A DNA stretch of 64,000 nucleotides from Balanoglossus misakiensis. Taxonomy: Eukaryota > Animalia > Hemichordata. The notes under the pieces were generated by a model. That model made no database searches and was not told where the DNA came from. It saw only the letters and a program-made list of their open reading frames with translations. Below are positions 27,301 through 40,131 of the stretch, piece after piece (positions within the stretch are counted from its first letter, which is position 1; each line of letters starts with the position of its first letter). The stretch spans positions 5,349,434-5,413,433 of the forward strand of contig CM082593.2 in assembly GCA_040954595.2 (NCBI GenBank), in the 5' to 3' direction. Made by a program: the position numbers and the translations under genes.

Positions 27301-30300
27301 ACGAGCAATTTTCTTGCAAGGAGCGACCCTTATCGCTTGCAACTGGGACTCTTACACCAGAAGGTTGAGCATATATATATTCGACCTAGATTGTACAAAC
27401 TGGTGGACATTGTTATTCCAAACGCTGCCATACGTCACGCCGTTACCATATCCCACAGACGTCAAATAGAGGGCATTTTTCGGTAGAACCCCAAACTAGA
27501 CACCCACCGATCAACTGAAAGGAGAAGTAGGAAACATTGGGCGACACGACGTGTGTCTTATGTTCATTTGCAAAATGGTCGAACCCCCCCCCCCCCCCAC
27601 AAACACACACACATCCGATTCCACAAACCACAGGTTGTAAATTGTAACAGTTCGCTCACAATAATTTCATAGCAATTGCCATATATGTCAAAACAGCAAA
27701 TGTTGCATTTAAAATACTGACGGTGTCGTATTCTGACCTTGTATACAGTTCAAATGGGTCGGCGCCTTCTATAAACCTAAAAGGCCAATTTCCGCTTCGT
27801 GGAAATAACGATATATTTCCGCCGCAAAATACGCGCAAATACACGCCGCGACTGATTCTTGTCAAAAGTAAACTGTAGTTATGTATTTATATGCATATAA
27901 CCATGAAAATATAGTTGTAATAATGTAGCCGACGATGGCGTAACCAGGTGATTTTGCGAGTGATCACAGACTGGCACAAAGCTTGCCGCAAATGTTGCTT
28001 CGAATTGTAATGATCGAGTGCCGGCCAGTAAAGGTTGCCGATGACCCACATACATGTCATCCAATCAACAGAATGTTGAGTGACGAAACGTGTTCGAATA
28101 TCTAGAATGGAGATATCTGATACCTCTACACTCACGCGAGGTTTACCCTAAACCCTCTTCTCGGAACAGAGACAAGAATGTCAACTTGTTAACCTTCAAA
28201 TTCGAAGAAAGATGGGCGTTAATTTGAACTCTACTTTTTCAAACACGAGTAAACGAGCCTGTAGTCAGTTGTGGATTCGTGATTTACGTTACAAGCATGT
28301 CGGAACCTAAATTATGTTTGCTACATATCCATACATTAGATTTGCCCAAATTCGTTATGGCGCACGGTTCGGCAGGCCTTTCTCGGAACTTTTTTTCTGC
28401 GCACGGTCCATTAACCATATCCCAGATTCGGGTACATCGTATACTTAGTTGCACCGTCACATCTTAATACCGTTTTGTGTGACAACGGTCGTTCTTTTGA
28501 GCCCCGTAATTCGGTGTCGCCAGCGCGCAAAGTGAAACGTGTCTCCCATCTGCCTAATTCACCTTAGTCATTTAAAAATGACTGTCGGCAATTTTCGCCC
28601 ACCCAGTGGAGATAATATCCCACTTTAGCAGCTATTTTCACGTGTAATTTAGTTTACTTTTTGCCGACACCGGGCGAATCTTTACGCGGATCCAGAACGT
28701 TCTTGCGCACATGTCTGGGCCTTTTTCCCCCGAGAGGGTATTTGCACCACGCGCGCAAGTGTAAAGTGAATAAACCGCGCATCAGGGGATTCTACACGTA
28801 CGCCGAGTTTTTTGCAATAAACTAAGATTTACAGTGGCAATCAAACTTTGTTGAGTGTGATGACACAATTTCACCGGGATAAGTGTTGGCTAACATGGCC
28901 ATATTGTGAAAATGCACTGGGGAGGAACGGAGGCCATCGCCTTGGTTGACGCATCCTACGTGATGAAACTGTCAAAGTAGAGAGAGCCATGCCTGTCACG
29001 GCGTCCGTGAGCACTACAGGCGCTGCATGCCCGACACAACATGCAGAGTCATCACCTGTCATCACCACAGGAAATACACAGCACTAGAAGACGATAATCG
29101 TTGACAAGAGTAGATCGCCCGACTGCAAGCTTGTTCAGAATAACACTACACGGGGTCGAAAAAAACTAGAATAATGTGCGCGTCAGAGGAAACAGGGCAG
29201 AGCGACGACAAGAAACTAATATCGATTTTCCATAAATGACAGTTTGTGATATCATTAATCATGTAACTGACAGGTTCGATTAACTTATTTTTCATTTGTT
29301 TGCTAATTAATACAATTTCTGCTAAACTGTCACCATTTAGATGAGATGTCGGCGAGTCATTAATGTTTAATGTCCTCCTTATAAATTCATCAATTAATTT
29401 GCACGCTTGACCACGCTTCAAGTGTCACGACCCGAATCTGAAAGCAACGAGGCACAGCCCAATAATGCCTAATTGCCGGTTTTAATGTATTTTTTCCTAT
29501 ATTTTACCGGCACGTGTGTATGATATTTCCCTTTTGGTTATAACATTGACCTCCGTCGCAGGCTGTAAATAGTATGCGCATGCCTTGTCAATCATGTCGA
29601 AACCAAACATGGCCAGTTTACGAACGACATCATGTTAACTTTCGAAGTTACACTTACGTGAACACAGAAGCAAAATGTTTCCTTGCTGGAGTTCTAATTT
29701 AATTTAACACGCAGTGTGAAAAGGTTAATTTGAGATATCATTACGTACATACGTGATTACTATCACGAGCATAAAACAACGAATGAAAATGCCCTCTGAT
29801 GCACACTGCATAACATATTGGTATATGGTCTTTCTTCCTATTGTCAGGTTAATTATTATTATTATTATTGTAAAAAGCTTTTATTTGTGACTGCATGAAA
29901 GCTTCCATTTGTCCGAAACAAGAATTAATCATTCGATTAACAAATGGAAAGCCTCAGAAATTTTACTTTGATCAGATGTAACCTCAGGCCAGACGACAAT
30001 CGTTGAAGCCTGCAGTGGTTCTATATAGTACGGCTCTGTTCTAACCAATTCATATATCATTGCTACGTCGATTAATCAATTGAGTATAACAATTTGCGTC
30101 ACAATTCAAAATGTCAAGCTTTCTTTAAAGTATAACTTCGCTTTACTATATAACGCGAGCGGGGTTTAATATGAAATGCAATTGTTCTGAATTTGAAAGG
30201 AGGATGGGGCGTCCTATTGAAACTGTATACTCAGAATTTACTTCTGAATATTGTATGCTTAAAACCTTCATTACCATTTTAAGGCTTTGATTGATTATGT

Positions 30301-33123
30301 TATCTATTTTTGAGAAATGTCAGTATTAAATATCGTATTTCCAAGTATCGGTGAATGCAGAGGCGGGTTCTTTTCTTGTTAATTCCAAATAATTGCACGA
30401 GCTCGCAGACGAAGATTTCTGGGTCAAATAGGTACTATTATCCGAGTTCAGTTTCCGACGATCGAAAGTTAGGCATTGTCACTGAGATGGGGACACGTGT
30501 ACTGACGCGTCAGGCAAACACTCAATCTGCCATGTAAATATACCTCTATATTCACGATAGCTTGCCCACACCGTATACTGCGGTTTAGTTACTATGTTGA
30601 AGTTCTATACAATACATCCCGTGGGCCATATGTATCACAGATTTAAAGTACATGTAATAGGTTTTTAGAATCGTTACTGTTCGGTCTGAAATAGACATTT
30701 CAGCACACACCTACGCAGGAACAACTAGATAAGGTTTAATAACCTTCTTCATTTCTAATCTTCTTTCGAGCGCTCTGATAGTCCTGTCTATTCTTTGTGA
30801 GAGGTTCGGCTAAAAACTTTAACAAGGTTGATTGAAAATTAAAGATGTATGAAATCAGTCAATGGGTTGCAGCAATGTGTCGTAAAAGTGAGGTCGTGCG
30901 AATAATTGAATACTCCAATACATTCGAGTTGATATGTTTCCACCAGTCTTATGCAAAAAAAATCAAAATTATTAATTCCATCCAATTCCATAAAGATTCA
31001 CCATCAGGGTTTCAAAGAAAAAGTGGAACGGAATGCTAATAGTCGAAACTGATAGACGGCGAGGATAGCTCCCCGGTTACCCTGCGCGCTAATGGTGGGT
31101 TAAGCCCATTGGTGACTCTATAAACCGGCAACATGGCAGGCATTTACGGTGAATGTGCAGTAAAAGCGGGCATTTGCAGAGACACTTGTCGCTAATTACA
31201 TCACGAACGTCTGTCTAGTCGTCTGGCAGCGTGAAGTCGAACCGCTCATCGGTTTATGGGTGCCACCAGGAAAAGGCAAAATGCTGTAATCACTTTAAGG
31301 ACTTAAAATAGTAAAACTGTGACTTAACCTATGGCTTATAAACTGTATAATCAATTCTAAGAGCTTACAACTCCGGCGATATAAGAGGAACGAAATCGCG
31401 CTTCCTCAACAAACGAACAATCATCCATGCCTGCTCCTTTAACGTCTTGCATACATAGGCAAACGGGAGGAATTCATTATTGTTTAATTGGAGAAAAGGC
31501 AATTTAATGAAAATCTTTAACCTTGACTTCTGTACAATGCTAAAGCAGTCAGACATGTTGCTTCGCAGTAAAATCGTGCCCCGTCGTCGATATCGTTATT
31601 CTACAAGTTTTCGTGGAAAAGCTCTGCAAGGCTGAACTTTATAGAAATTATCCATTTCTGTCGCTCGCCACTTTACAACTTGTCACGCAGACATGGAAAT
31701 CCGTGCTCATGCAGCCTGCAGTACTATCAAGGTCAAATGCACACATATTCAGAAATGAATTTCTGGTCGATAATCTGCACGCATATTAGGTATATTTAAC
31801 GATCCTCGCCCGTGTAATGATCGGCTATAGTTATTGTCCCGGGGGTGCCTATTTACATGTAGCTCCCACTAAACGGTCTCTGGTTTATCTTAAAGGACCT
31901 TGCTGTACTCGTTATCTTGATCTGATTTTGTGTACAGGATCTATGGCACGTCTTTTTGATCATTTTTTTACGGTAGAAATATCAAAGGACGTTAGCTTTG
32001 AATAATGAGTGCGGTCGGCTGGGTTCTGTTCACCGAAAAAATGGAGGGGGCGCTGAATTCAGGGTTTGTAAGAATTTCATTTCGGCGAAAGAATATCACT
32101 TTAACAGACGACAAGTCACTGTGACAATTTTTTTTTTTTTGGAAATAGAAAACTGGGGCTTGGTTTCAAAACCACGTGTGCATGCATGCGGTCACGTTCA
32201 TGAATGTGGCACCCTGAAGCCGTGCAGCAATTTTCGGCGTTTTGCGTCGTGTGTATAACTATCTTCCCTTTCCATTTCCCCGCCGTGAATAGATCTATAC
32301 AACCGTGCAAATGACTTGACATTGCCTTGCAGAGAGATTTGTCATTCTAATCTCACAGTGTTGAGTAACGCATGCGCGGGCCGGGTCAGCTGGAGAGTGT
32401 GGGATCCATTTGATGCTACACTCCCAACGGCCAGGAATGCGAGAATGCCCCATCCTTCGCACTTTACGTCCTTGGCATACCGGAATCTAAATTTGCATCA
32501 TCTATTCACCAAATTTCCCATTCAAAACACCGTGGGTCAAACGTTCACTCTCATCCTACATTCTGGCCGAGGACAGCTGTATTCAAACGTTCCGACATGA
32601 TAGCTGCCTATATTATGCGCATGATCATTCGACAATTATGGAGTCAAATTCTGCACAGCATCGTTACAACGTACTTCCAAAATAATGTTGGAAAAATCAT
32701 GAGATAAAGAGTGAAATAACATTAAGCGGTGATGGTATACGCATATGGATCGGAGGATGAATGTCAATGACTTGATTAAAGGAAATATTTCATATAGCCA
32801 TTGGAAAACTTGACTGCACCGGAAGAACAAAAAGAAAATCCAATTTACTTGGCACGTTCTCCAATAAAACATCTAAGTGCCCGTGATATAGAGGTCAAGT
32901 CGATAGCAACGTTTGGAACACCTTAATGACGTCACCCAGAAAAAAGGTATTCCGTCGCCATCACAGATGTAGTAGTAGTAGTATCGACATTGCGATGACA
33001 ACTACGGTGTGGTGACGTACGACGCGTTTTCAGGCAATGATTCTTGAAAAGCACTTCATATTTTTTTCTGCTAAATACCTCTACTCGACTGTTTCATCGC
33101 ATTGTGATGATATCGTAATGCGA

Positions 33124-34495
33124 TCTCCATCATAGAGGAAATTACGGTGCGGTGCTTTCTGTGGGCGTGTCAATTGCCACAGACACCCTACAGCTGTGCT
33201 ATTGTTTAATGGTAAGAACTATGTCATCAGTGCGTGCAGGGATTGGTTTTAATGAAGCTCTACTTTCGCGGGTGCCACCGAACATCAATAAAACCCTGTA
33301 TTGCTAACCCGATCGATCCCTTTAATGATCCGTTTATACAAATACCACGAAGCTTTGTTCGATTTCCACTTACAGGAATGGATACCACTCAAACGACAGA
33401 ATACATCGCACTACACGAAGCAATGACGAAGGAGGCGTAATTGCCATAGCATCTCCTCAATAATCGTATTTTGTGACGTCACATACTCCTTTTCATATGC
33501 CTCTCGGTATCAAATCAAAAGATGCCACTTCTTATTTCCGCACGTTTTTGCATCTACCTACAGAACTGGCACCACAGAACAGACATAATGCACCAATCGT
33601 TATGTTTTTATCTCCTTGGAATATTAGAATGGGAAATTGCATGGTCCGTTCACCAACGTGTTGACACCGTGTCCAATTTTTACCCGAATGCGAAATGCTT
33701 GATGGTGATAACAACAATTAAGGCACTCCTATCCAGCCGTAGATTGAAAATTTATTGATAATTCATATGATTGAAATTAGCACACATATACGCTAGTAAG
33801 TCTTTTCAGCCGAATTAAGGACACTTAATTATCATAAGTGGTAGAATTCAAATGCACGATTTGATCGAAGAGTGATTATTAGAAGTAATTTCCGATAATT
33901 ATTTTTCAATGGCTTCTCTGCTGGGACGGCGTGTTGACGGTGAAATCAACAATAAGTAGTAATTTCATTAATGACATCAGCTACATGAACCGGTGACGAC
34001 GACAACAACACGTTTCTTATGGGCACTATAGAACTTGACAACACAAACAGAAGAAAGGAAAATTCAATTTATACGACACTTTGGCCAATAATCTATCAAT
34101 AACAGGTCGATAATTTATCTCTGTCATATTCTCTCGGTGATAGGTCAAAAATATGGCAATGTTAGACACATAACAATGACACGATTATCACCCAGTAAAA
34201 GTATTTTATGCATCGCCAATGCAAAGGTCGTTATACTATCGATATTTCCATGGTAACCATAGTGTGATGATGTTGACTCTCGCTATACAATATGGCACAT
34301 GCATACGATAACACTCTGCATTTCACCAGTGCTTGTATCAGTATGAGGCAATATCAATTTCTAAGAACTGCTAAATTATATAAATATACTATTCTCTTCT
34401 CCATAAAGAGGAATTGGGTTAGGCTGCTATCGCGTGTCGATTGAGCCAGACACCCTACAGCTATATACTATTTAATTGTCGGGGCTATGCCATCA
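33124..34495. repeat. Two diverged ~100-bp direct repeat copies (33124-33229 and 34398-34495)
   Basis: Shared blocks in the same order: tctccat..agaggaa, gcgtgtc, cagacaccctacagct, tttaat, ctatg.catca. Confidence 0.6.
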
Positions 34496-34856
34496 AAGCA
34501 TACGATCACTAGATATAATGACGCCGTAAACAGTGTCATTATAGCCAAATAAATCCCATTATTTATCCATTTACATAAATGCTATAAGCAGTACATCTTG
34601 TTGTAGCTACTACTGAACAGATTTTCCGGCCCCCGTTTAATATAGCGAGTCGCATAAGACAGAACTTCAGTGTCACACGCAAACAATACTGTTCGTACGC
34701 ATGGCACTGAATTGGAATGTATATCACATTTCTGCTTAGCGTAAAAAAACATCTTTTTAAAAACGCCGATAGCAACAATATTTAACAAACGCCATAGACA
34801 GTAGAACGCCCTCAAGCTACAGACGTCTATCATGAAATTACTAGGAAACAACGGCA

Positions 34857-36164
34857 TCAATGATACTCAGCCAGCTTGAGTTGAAAGTAGCCAGAAGTAG
34901 CCTCCATGTGGTAGGTGGCGCTGTTGCCACAATCCCACTGAACAGACACGTTGTCGCCTTGCTTGCGAGTGACTCTTCCCCTTCCCGGTGGATTCCCGTC
35001 CTGAAAAGTGCATGACGTCATGACAATACCGCAAATACACAAGTGGGATACAGTTTCGGAAACTTTGAGTTGGAAATCGTTAATTTTCTTGATTTCCTGA
35101 AGTTATCATGTGAAACACCACAGACAACTGGAGCGTGTTCGTGAAAAATGAATGTCCGCCAAAGAAAAACGGCAGCATATGGAGTGCTTTACCCTAAAAT
35201 TAAGACCCTCTTACTGAAAAGTCTAGGGGGATCACTGAGTAATACCTGGTTTTTGTATTCCCAGTTTCTTCCTCTGGCTACTTGGCTTCCAACCACCATC
35301 TTATCAGCGTACCCCTTCACTGCAAGAGGAAATATTTTACTTACAGCCGTAGATTCTTGAGGGTCGAATTTATCCCAATTAACACACTAGTTGTTTTTGG
35401 GGGGAGTAAAGTTGAGCCTTCATAGAGGCCGGGGAAATGCTGAGTGAAAGTGTCACCATCATGGTATCTTATGCACGGCCTATACAAATAGGAAAACCTC
35501 TTTTTTAATACAGTTTGTATTAATATGCGCGTAATTCTACCTTTCCCCAGTGCTCATGTGGTCCGAAGATCGGAGAAGCAAGCGTCAAGACATTACCTGA
35601 CAAGACTTCTGTGTGGAAGGGGGAACCTGGGATCGCTCGGCCGCCAATCGATATGGATAGGCGGTGCATGCCTTCTCTTTCGGCGGGAAATTTGAAAGTG
35701 TGCGTACCGCCAGTCTGAGAAACGACGTCTACAATCCGTCCGCTGCCCTCCGAACTGCTCACTTCAATGCACACAATATCATACTCGGCAGAGCCAGACG
35801 ATTTGTCGCCGAGGAAGTCAAAGGTCTCTACGTACATATCCTCGTTATTGCCAACAAGAACGTATTTCAGAATTTCGACTTTCGTTCTCGACGCGTCCAC
35901 TTTACCCGTGTAGCCTAGGACGACCGTTTCTCTATCCAGCAACCTGGTCTCCGGTAGGAATTTCAGGGGAACTTTTGACGTCTGCTTCGCGTCTGCGTGA
36001 AGCTGCCCCTTCCGGTACTCGAACTCCGCCCTCAAGCGTCCGAGTAAACGCTGCTCGTCTTCTTTGACCTTTGCGACGACTTTCTCGGCGTGTTCCTTCA
36101 CCTTGCGGACTTCTTCGTCGTAACTTCCTTGCAGTATTGTCAAATCCTCGCTTTCCGGTTCCAT
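34857..36164 (-). CDS. 261-aa coiled-coil + filamin/ABP280 Ig repeat + MIB/HERC2 domain protein (TRIM-like, no RING or B-box found)
   Basis: Exons 36164-35597 (TCAG|GTAATG, phase 1), 35319-35246 (ttgcag|TG ... CAG|GTATTA) and 35000-34857 (ttttcag|GAC ... TGA) total 786 nt in frame. Filamin signature GGTHTFKFPAEREGMHRLSISIGGRAIPGSPF. MIB/HERC2 signature VGSQVARGRNWEYKNQDGNPPGRGRV...VSVQWDCGNSATYHM...GYFQL. N-terminal heptad-like segment YDEEVRKVKEHAEKVVAKVKEDEQRLLGRL. Confidence 0.85.
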
Positions 36165-37082
36165 AATAAAGCTTGCGTATGTAGTACAACCGCGCAGTGA
36201 GATCAGATATAGTCTGGCTGTTATTTCAACAGGGCTGTCTGCATGTATATGTGTTGCCAGGGTAACTGACAACAGAACGGTAACAACTGTGGTACGCGAA
36301 CAGACAGAACAGACGATAACTCTCAGATAACTACGTGCCTGGACCGTTTACAGTTGTGTACACATACAGCTCGTAAATGTTTGCCTAGGCTGTAAACGTT
36401 CTGAAACAAATATTACACCCCCATAATCAGTTTGTTATAATAACATAACTGTTACAATTATGGCTTAGACATATGACAGTGCGTCAACCAACTGTATCTG
36501 GTGGCTTGGAAACTAACATAACGGACGTCCTACACGCTACCTGTTCAAGTTCCCCTCAATGACAAACCGTTCACTCGCGTTCTGATCACCTGTAACCGTC
36601 ACTCAACTGTGTAACAGTGCCCACACGACATTTAGTACGGTCTCGTGCACGTCACAACAAATTCTGACAATAAAGATTCCTGTTAATAAAACAGTTAACT
36701 TACGAAGGCTAAACTTGAGACATAGCCATGTAATTAATACGTTGGTCGATTACCTGGGTTCGACTATATGCAGCGGTCGAATACCCCCCTCGGTTCGAAC
36801 AAACGTAGACGTGGAGCCTACGTGATATCGAGTCGGTCGACGCGACCCAAGGGTCCAGCTGACGTGTAACGACCTGAGCGACCCTTTGGCCTTTGATGTA
36901 AGTTAAAAGCCGTGCTTACGTGATGGGCATGTGTTTGGCGTAGCGTGGAAACTTATCTGTCTGTTTCGCCTGTCTATTCACCAGTAATTGTTCTAACCTG
37001 GGTCAACTTGACCGTGACTTGGCCTTGGTCAAAGCACAATCGAGAAAATCTACGATCAAAGCACCAAAATTAAATCAAAAGA

Positions 37083-37098
37083 GAAAGTGAAAGTGAAA
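37083..37098. promoter_or_regulatory. Triple IRF-binding element GAAAGTGAAAGTGAAA upstream of the TRIM-like gene
   Basis: Three GAAA cores with 2-nt spacers (IRF-E/PRDI type). It lies just upstream of a putative non-coding first exon whose donor is C|GTAAGC at 36920/36919. Confidence 0.55.
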
Positions 37099-39316
37099 AT
37101 ACCTGTGGTATCATTCTCATTTTCAAAAATGTACTACCTTGGGGCCGTTATTACTTGATTTGTATTCTTACTCATAGAGAAAGCAGCTCGTTAAATCTGA
37201 GTTGTCAATGATACATTTTTTCAGTATATTTTAATTAAATATGTCAATCAAGCTTTCTGTTTCCAACCCTCATAATGCTTCCGTCCAATAGTACATAAAT
37301 CACACACAAAAAAACAAGAACATATACAGTACATGTATACCTTTCATTGGGACTGCAAATATTAAAAAAAAAAATTTTTCTTCAAGTTTTAGTTCGGATG
37401 GGGTTTACAAACATACGCCCTCTAGCAGTAGATGTCTTAAAAACTTTCGACATGTTCCCGTCACAAAACGAAAGAACTGTCTATTATATGCATAACCAAT
37501 GATGGCGGTTAGCAGGCTTCAGTTTATTTCCACAACAACCACTGTGACCGGCCGAACCATGGAAGCAGGGGTCTCGCACCTAGCTCCATTGGTGAACGAA
37601 TAAGTACCCGCGTAGTCTGTATATGGGTAACTACTAGTATCAATCCAGGTAGCAGTTAATGGCACTAACTACTAGAATCTGCCCCACATTGACTGAGCCT
37701 TTTCACACGTGCACCATTTCCATGATTTTTGTTACTACACTCCGATAGTGCAAATGGTGTTATAAGTGCGCACACAAAAATGGACGTCAACACAGGCGCA
37801 CGCCCAGACGCGTACGCGAAGGCCATGTAGTGTATTAAATGCCAGAAAAGCGGATGCTTCAATGATACCATACATGATCGAGAATGTTAACAAATGTTAA
37901 ACTCTAGACATGGAACAAAAAATACCCCTAATCAAAATACTCAGTACATCTTCCGTTTACAACGTCGACGTCACCACGTACCGCACACGGTTTACTCGAA
38001 ATCTGGATATTACATATGCGCATGTTCATTGGAAGCACAACAAAAGCGCTGGAGGTGTGAAAAGTGGCTTTTCTGTATTCACCAACGCTCACTGCTGGTG
38101 TGTGACGTTTTTCACGTAAGAAGCAATTACATAACAACGGCACTGCATTTCAGTGTGGAGCGACCGTTCTTTCACTGAGTCTAGCTATTTTACCCGATAC
38201 GGAACAGACCAGGTACATTGTATACTGGAACGTCGATACCGACGCAAAACCTGCATTGCTACACACAGTGAACTGACACGAGTGAAACCACACTCTGTCC
38301 AAAACTGGAGCCCTAATACCCTGCCACACCCCTGCCCGTTCCAATGATGAATACATGTAATAGGTCACGGTCACCATGGATAATTTTTGCATATATGTCT
38401 CCTGGGAGGTTTAATTTAGAAGTCGTTTACAAGGCACCCGTTTACGTAGACCTTCTTCAAAGTCTATTGGTCTCATTATTTCATAATAAATGCATTTCAG
38501 AAAATTTTGATCCGAGTCTCTCTATGTAGCGTGCGTTGCGGATCGCGTTGGACGGTAACCGAAACCAAAAGTGCCAGCCCAGCCCCGAATTCGAAAGTCA
38601 GCTCAGTACCAGAAACTCGCTCAAAGCCCGCAAATACACGAAAAGTATGGAGAATCTTTATAAAGTCAAAAAATCACCAAGCAAGTGGGTTAGTCTATAC
38701 CGTTTACGCTAAAAAAACTAAAGGAAACAGCTGAATTTGTAGGGCTTCAACATGGGTCATGCGGGGGGGGGTCTCAATTCGGCATCAGACAATTGAAACG
38801 ACTGAAGTAGGCCTACATGTGTGGGCCTATATTCTTCGTGGCGCAAGATCTCATAACTATTTCCTGCGAATCATACATATATACATGCGCTCGTGCAAGC
38901 TCTGTCATGACTGCTTCCGTATCAATACACGTAAACAAACGGAAGTTTTTACAGACATACTAGTACATGTACATGTATTGTCAAATGTAACAATCACATG
39001 TAAGACTCGTTATAGAATAACAATGTCTTTTTATACGCGCTTATTATGATTTTATGAATAGCCTGTGTTTTAGTAGGAAGGAAATTTTAAAAGACATTCA
39101 GATATGTCTACTCCTCTCTTGACGTGCAAATGATGTTAGCGTAAAATGGAGCGGGTCTATCCTCCAACGCTCATATATCCTCTTTTCCAAATTCTTAGGC
39201 CTAAGTTAGGTATTGTGTTGTCTTGAGTTGGATAGAATCGTAATTTTATCATGTCGTATTATTATTTGTTGTATTAATTACTAGTTATTTATTCTATACC
39301 AAACGGGTCCATATTT

Positions 39317-39492
39317 CCATAGACAGCAACATCGCCCTCAATCAGGCATTTATGAAATGGGCTACTGTGCATTCTCATTAGTTCTATCGCACGTTTCTAA
39401 ACCACACAGGCGTCTACATGCCATTTCAACTATCTTATAACTGTAAATACACTATGTTTCAAAGGTAGAACCTTCGGTTCCATTGTCTATGG
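39317..39492. mobile_element. Possible 176-bp MITE with CCATAGACA terminal inverted repeats
   Basis: CCATAGACA (39317-39325) and TGTCTATGG (39484-39492), with TT on both flanks. The short TIR is the only support. Confidence 0.35.
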
Positions 39493-39961
39493 TTCAACTT
39501 CGCGAGACAACGCCAGATCGCACCGATTTGATGGAGGTAGACGTCCACGCACGCACGTTTCACGATCATTGTCAGTGCGACCTTGTGGCAATGTTGTTAG
39601 CCAAGGCTCAACGCGGGCCATTTCACTATACCTAAATCATTGCAAAAGCACACGCCAACATCCAGAATTAAAACTATACAATTTAGACGGTGAGATATAC
39701 GGTAGCAGACAGCCAGACAAGTAAAATTACGGCTATATACGCGTGACCAAGCTACATAACTTATCAGGAGACCCGATTCGACCTCAGTTTTAGCCTCGTC
39801 CCAGTAGTAACAAAGATACGTGTCATTAATTAGAACATATCTAATAGTACGTTGCTATATATAAATATGAACACCCTTCCGGAATTTACTTTCACTTGTA
39901 TTTCTGCGGAAATTCGCATCTCTGTGGCAACATGTCGCAATCACGATAAAACACCGGACGA

Positions 39962-40023
39962 GGGCGGTGAGTGATTAACATAAACCAATGAAAACCGAGA
40001 GGCGGGCACGAATGTCACATGAC
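39962..40023 (+). promoter_or_regulatory. MAT proximal promoter: GC box, CCAAT box, E-box
   Basis: GGGCGG 39962-39967, CCAAT 39985-39989 and GTCACATGAC 40014-40023, all 110-170 bp upstream of the ATG. Confidence 0.5.
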
Positions 40024-40131
40024 TTGGCCTGTAAAGCTCGGTGCGGCTTCATAATGAAGTCTCTTTGAATCTAGACAGCAGAGAGGCAACATTGTCGACA
40101 GACCTGTACCCAGCCCAAACAACCGATCACC

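Noticed and set aside
35520-35596. ORF-track extension of the filamin exon and an alternative donor at 35541
   Set aside because: That donor is phase 0, while the next exon needs phase 1. The donor after 35597 restores the MIB/HERC2 frame.
36750-36850. Repeated GGTTCGA B-box-like motifs suggesting a tRNA
   Set aside because: No cloverleaf or properly spaced A box.
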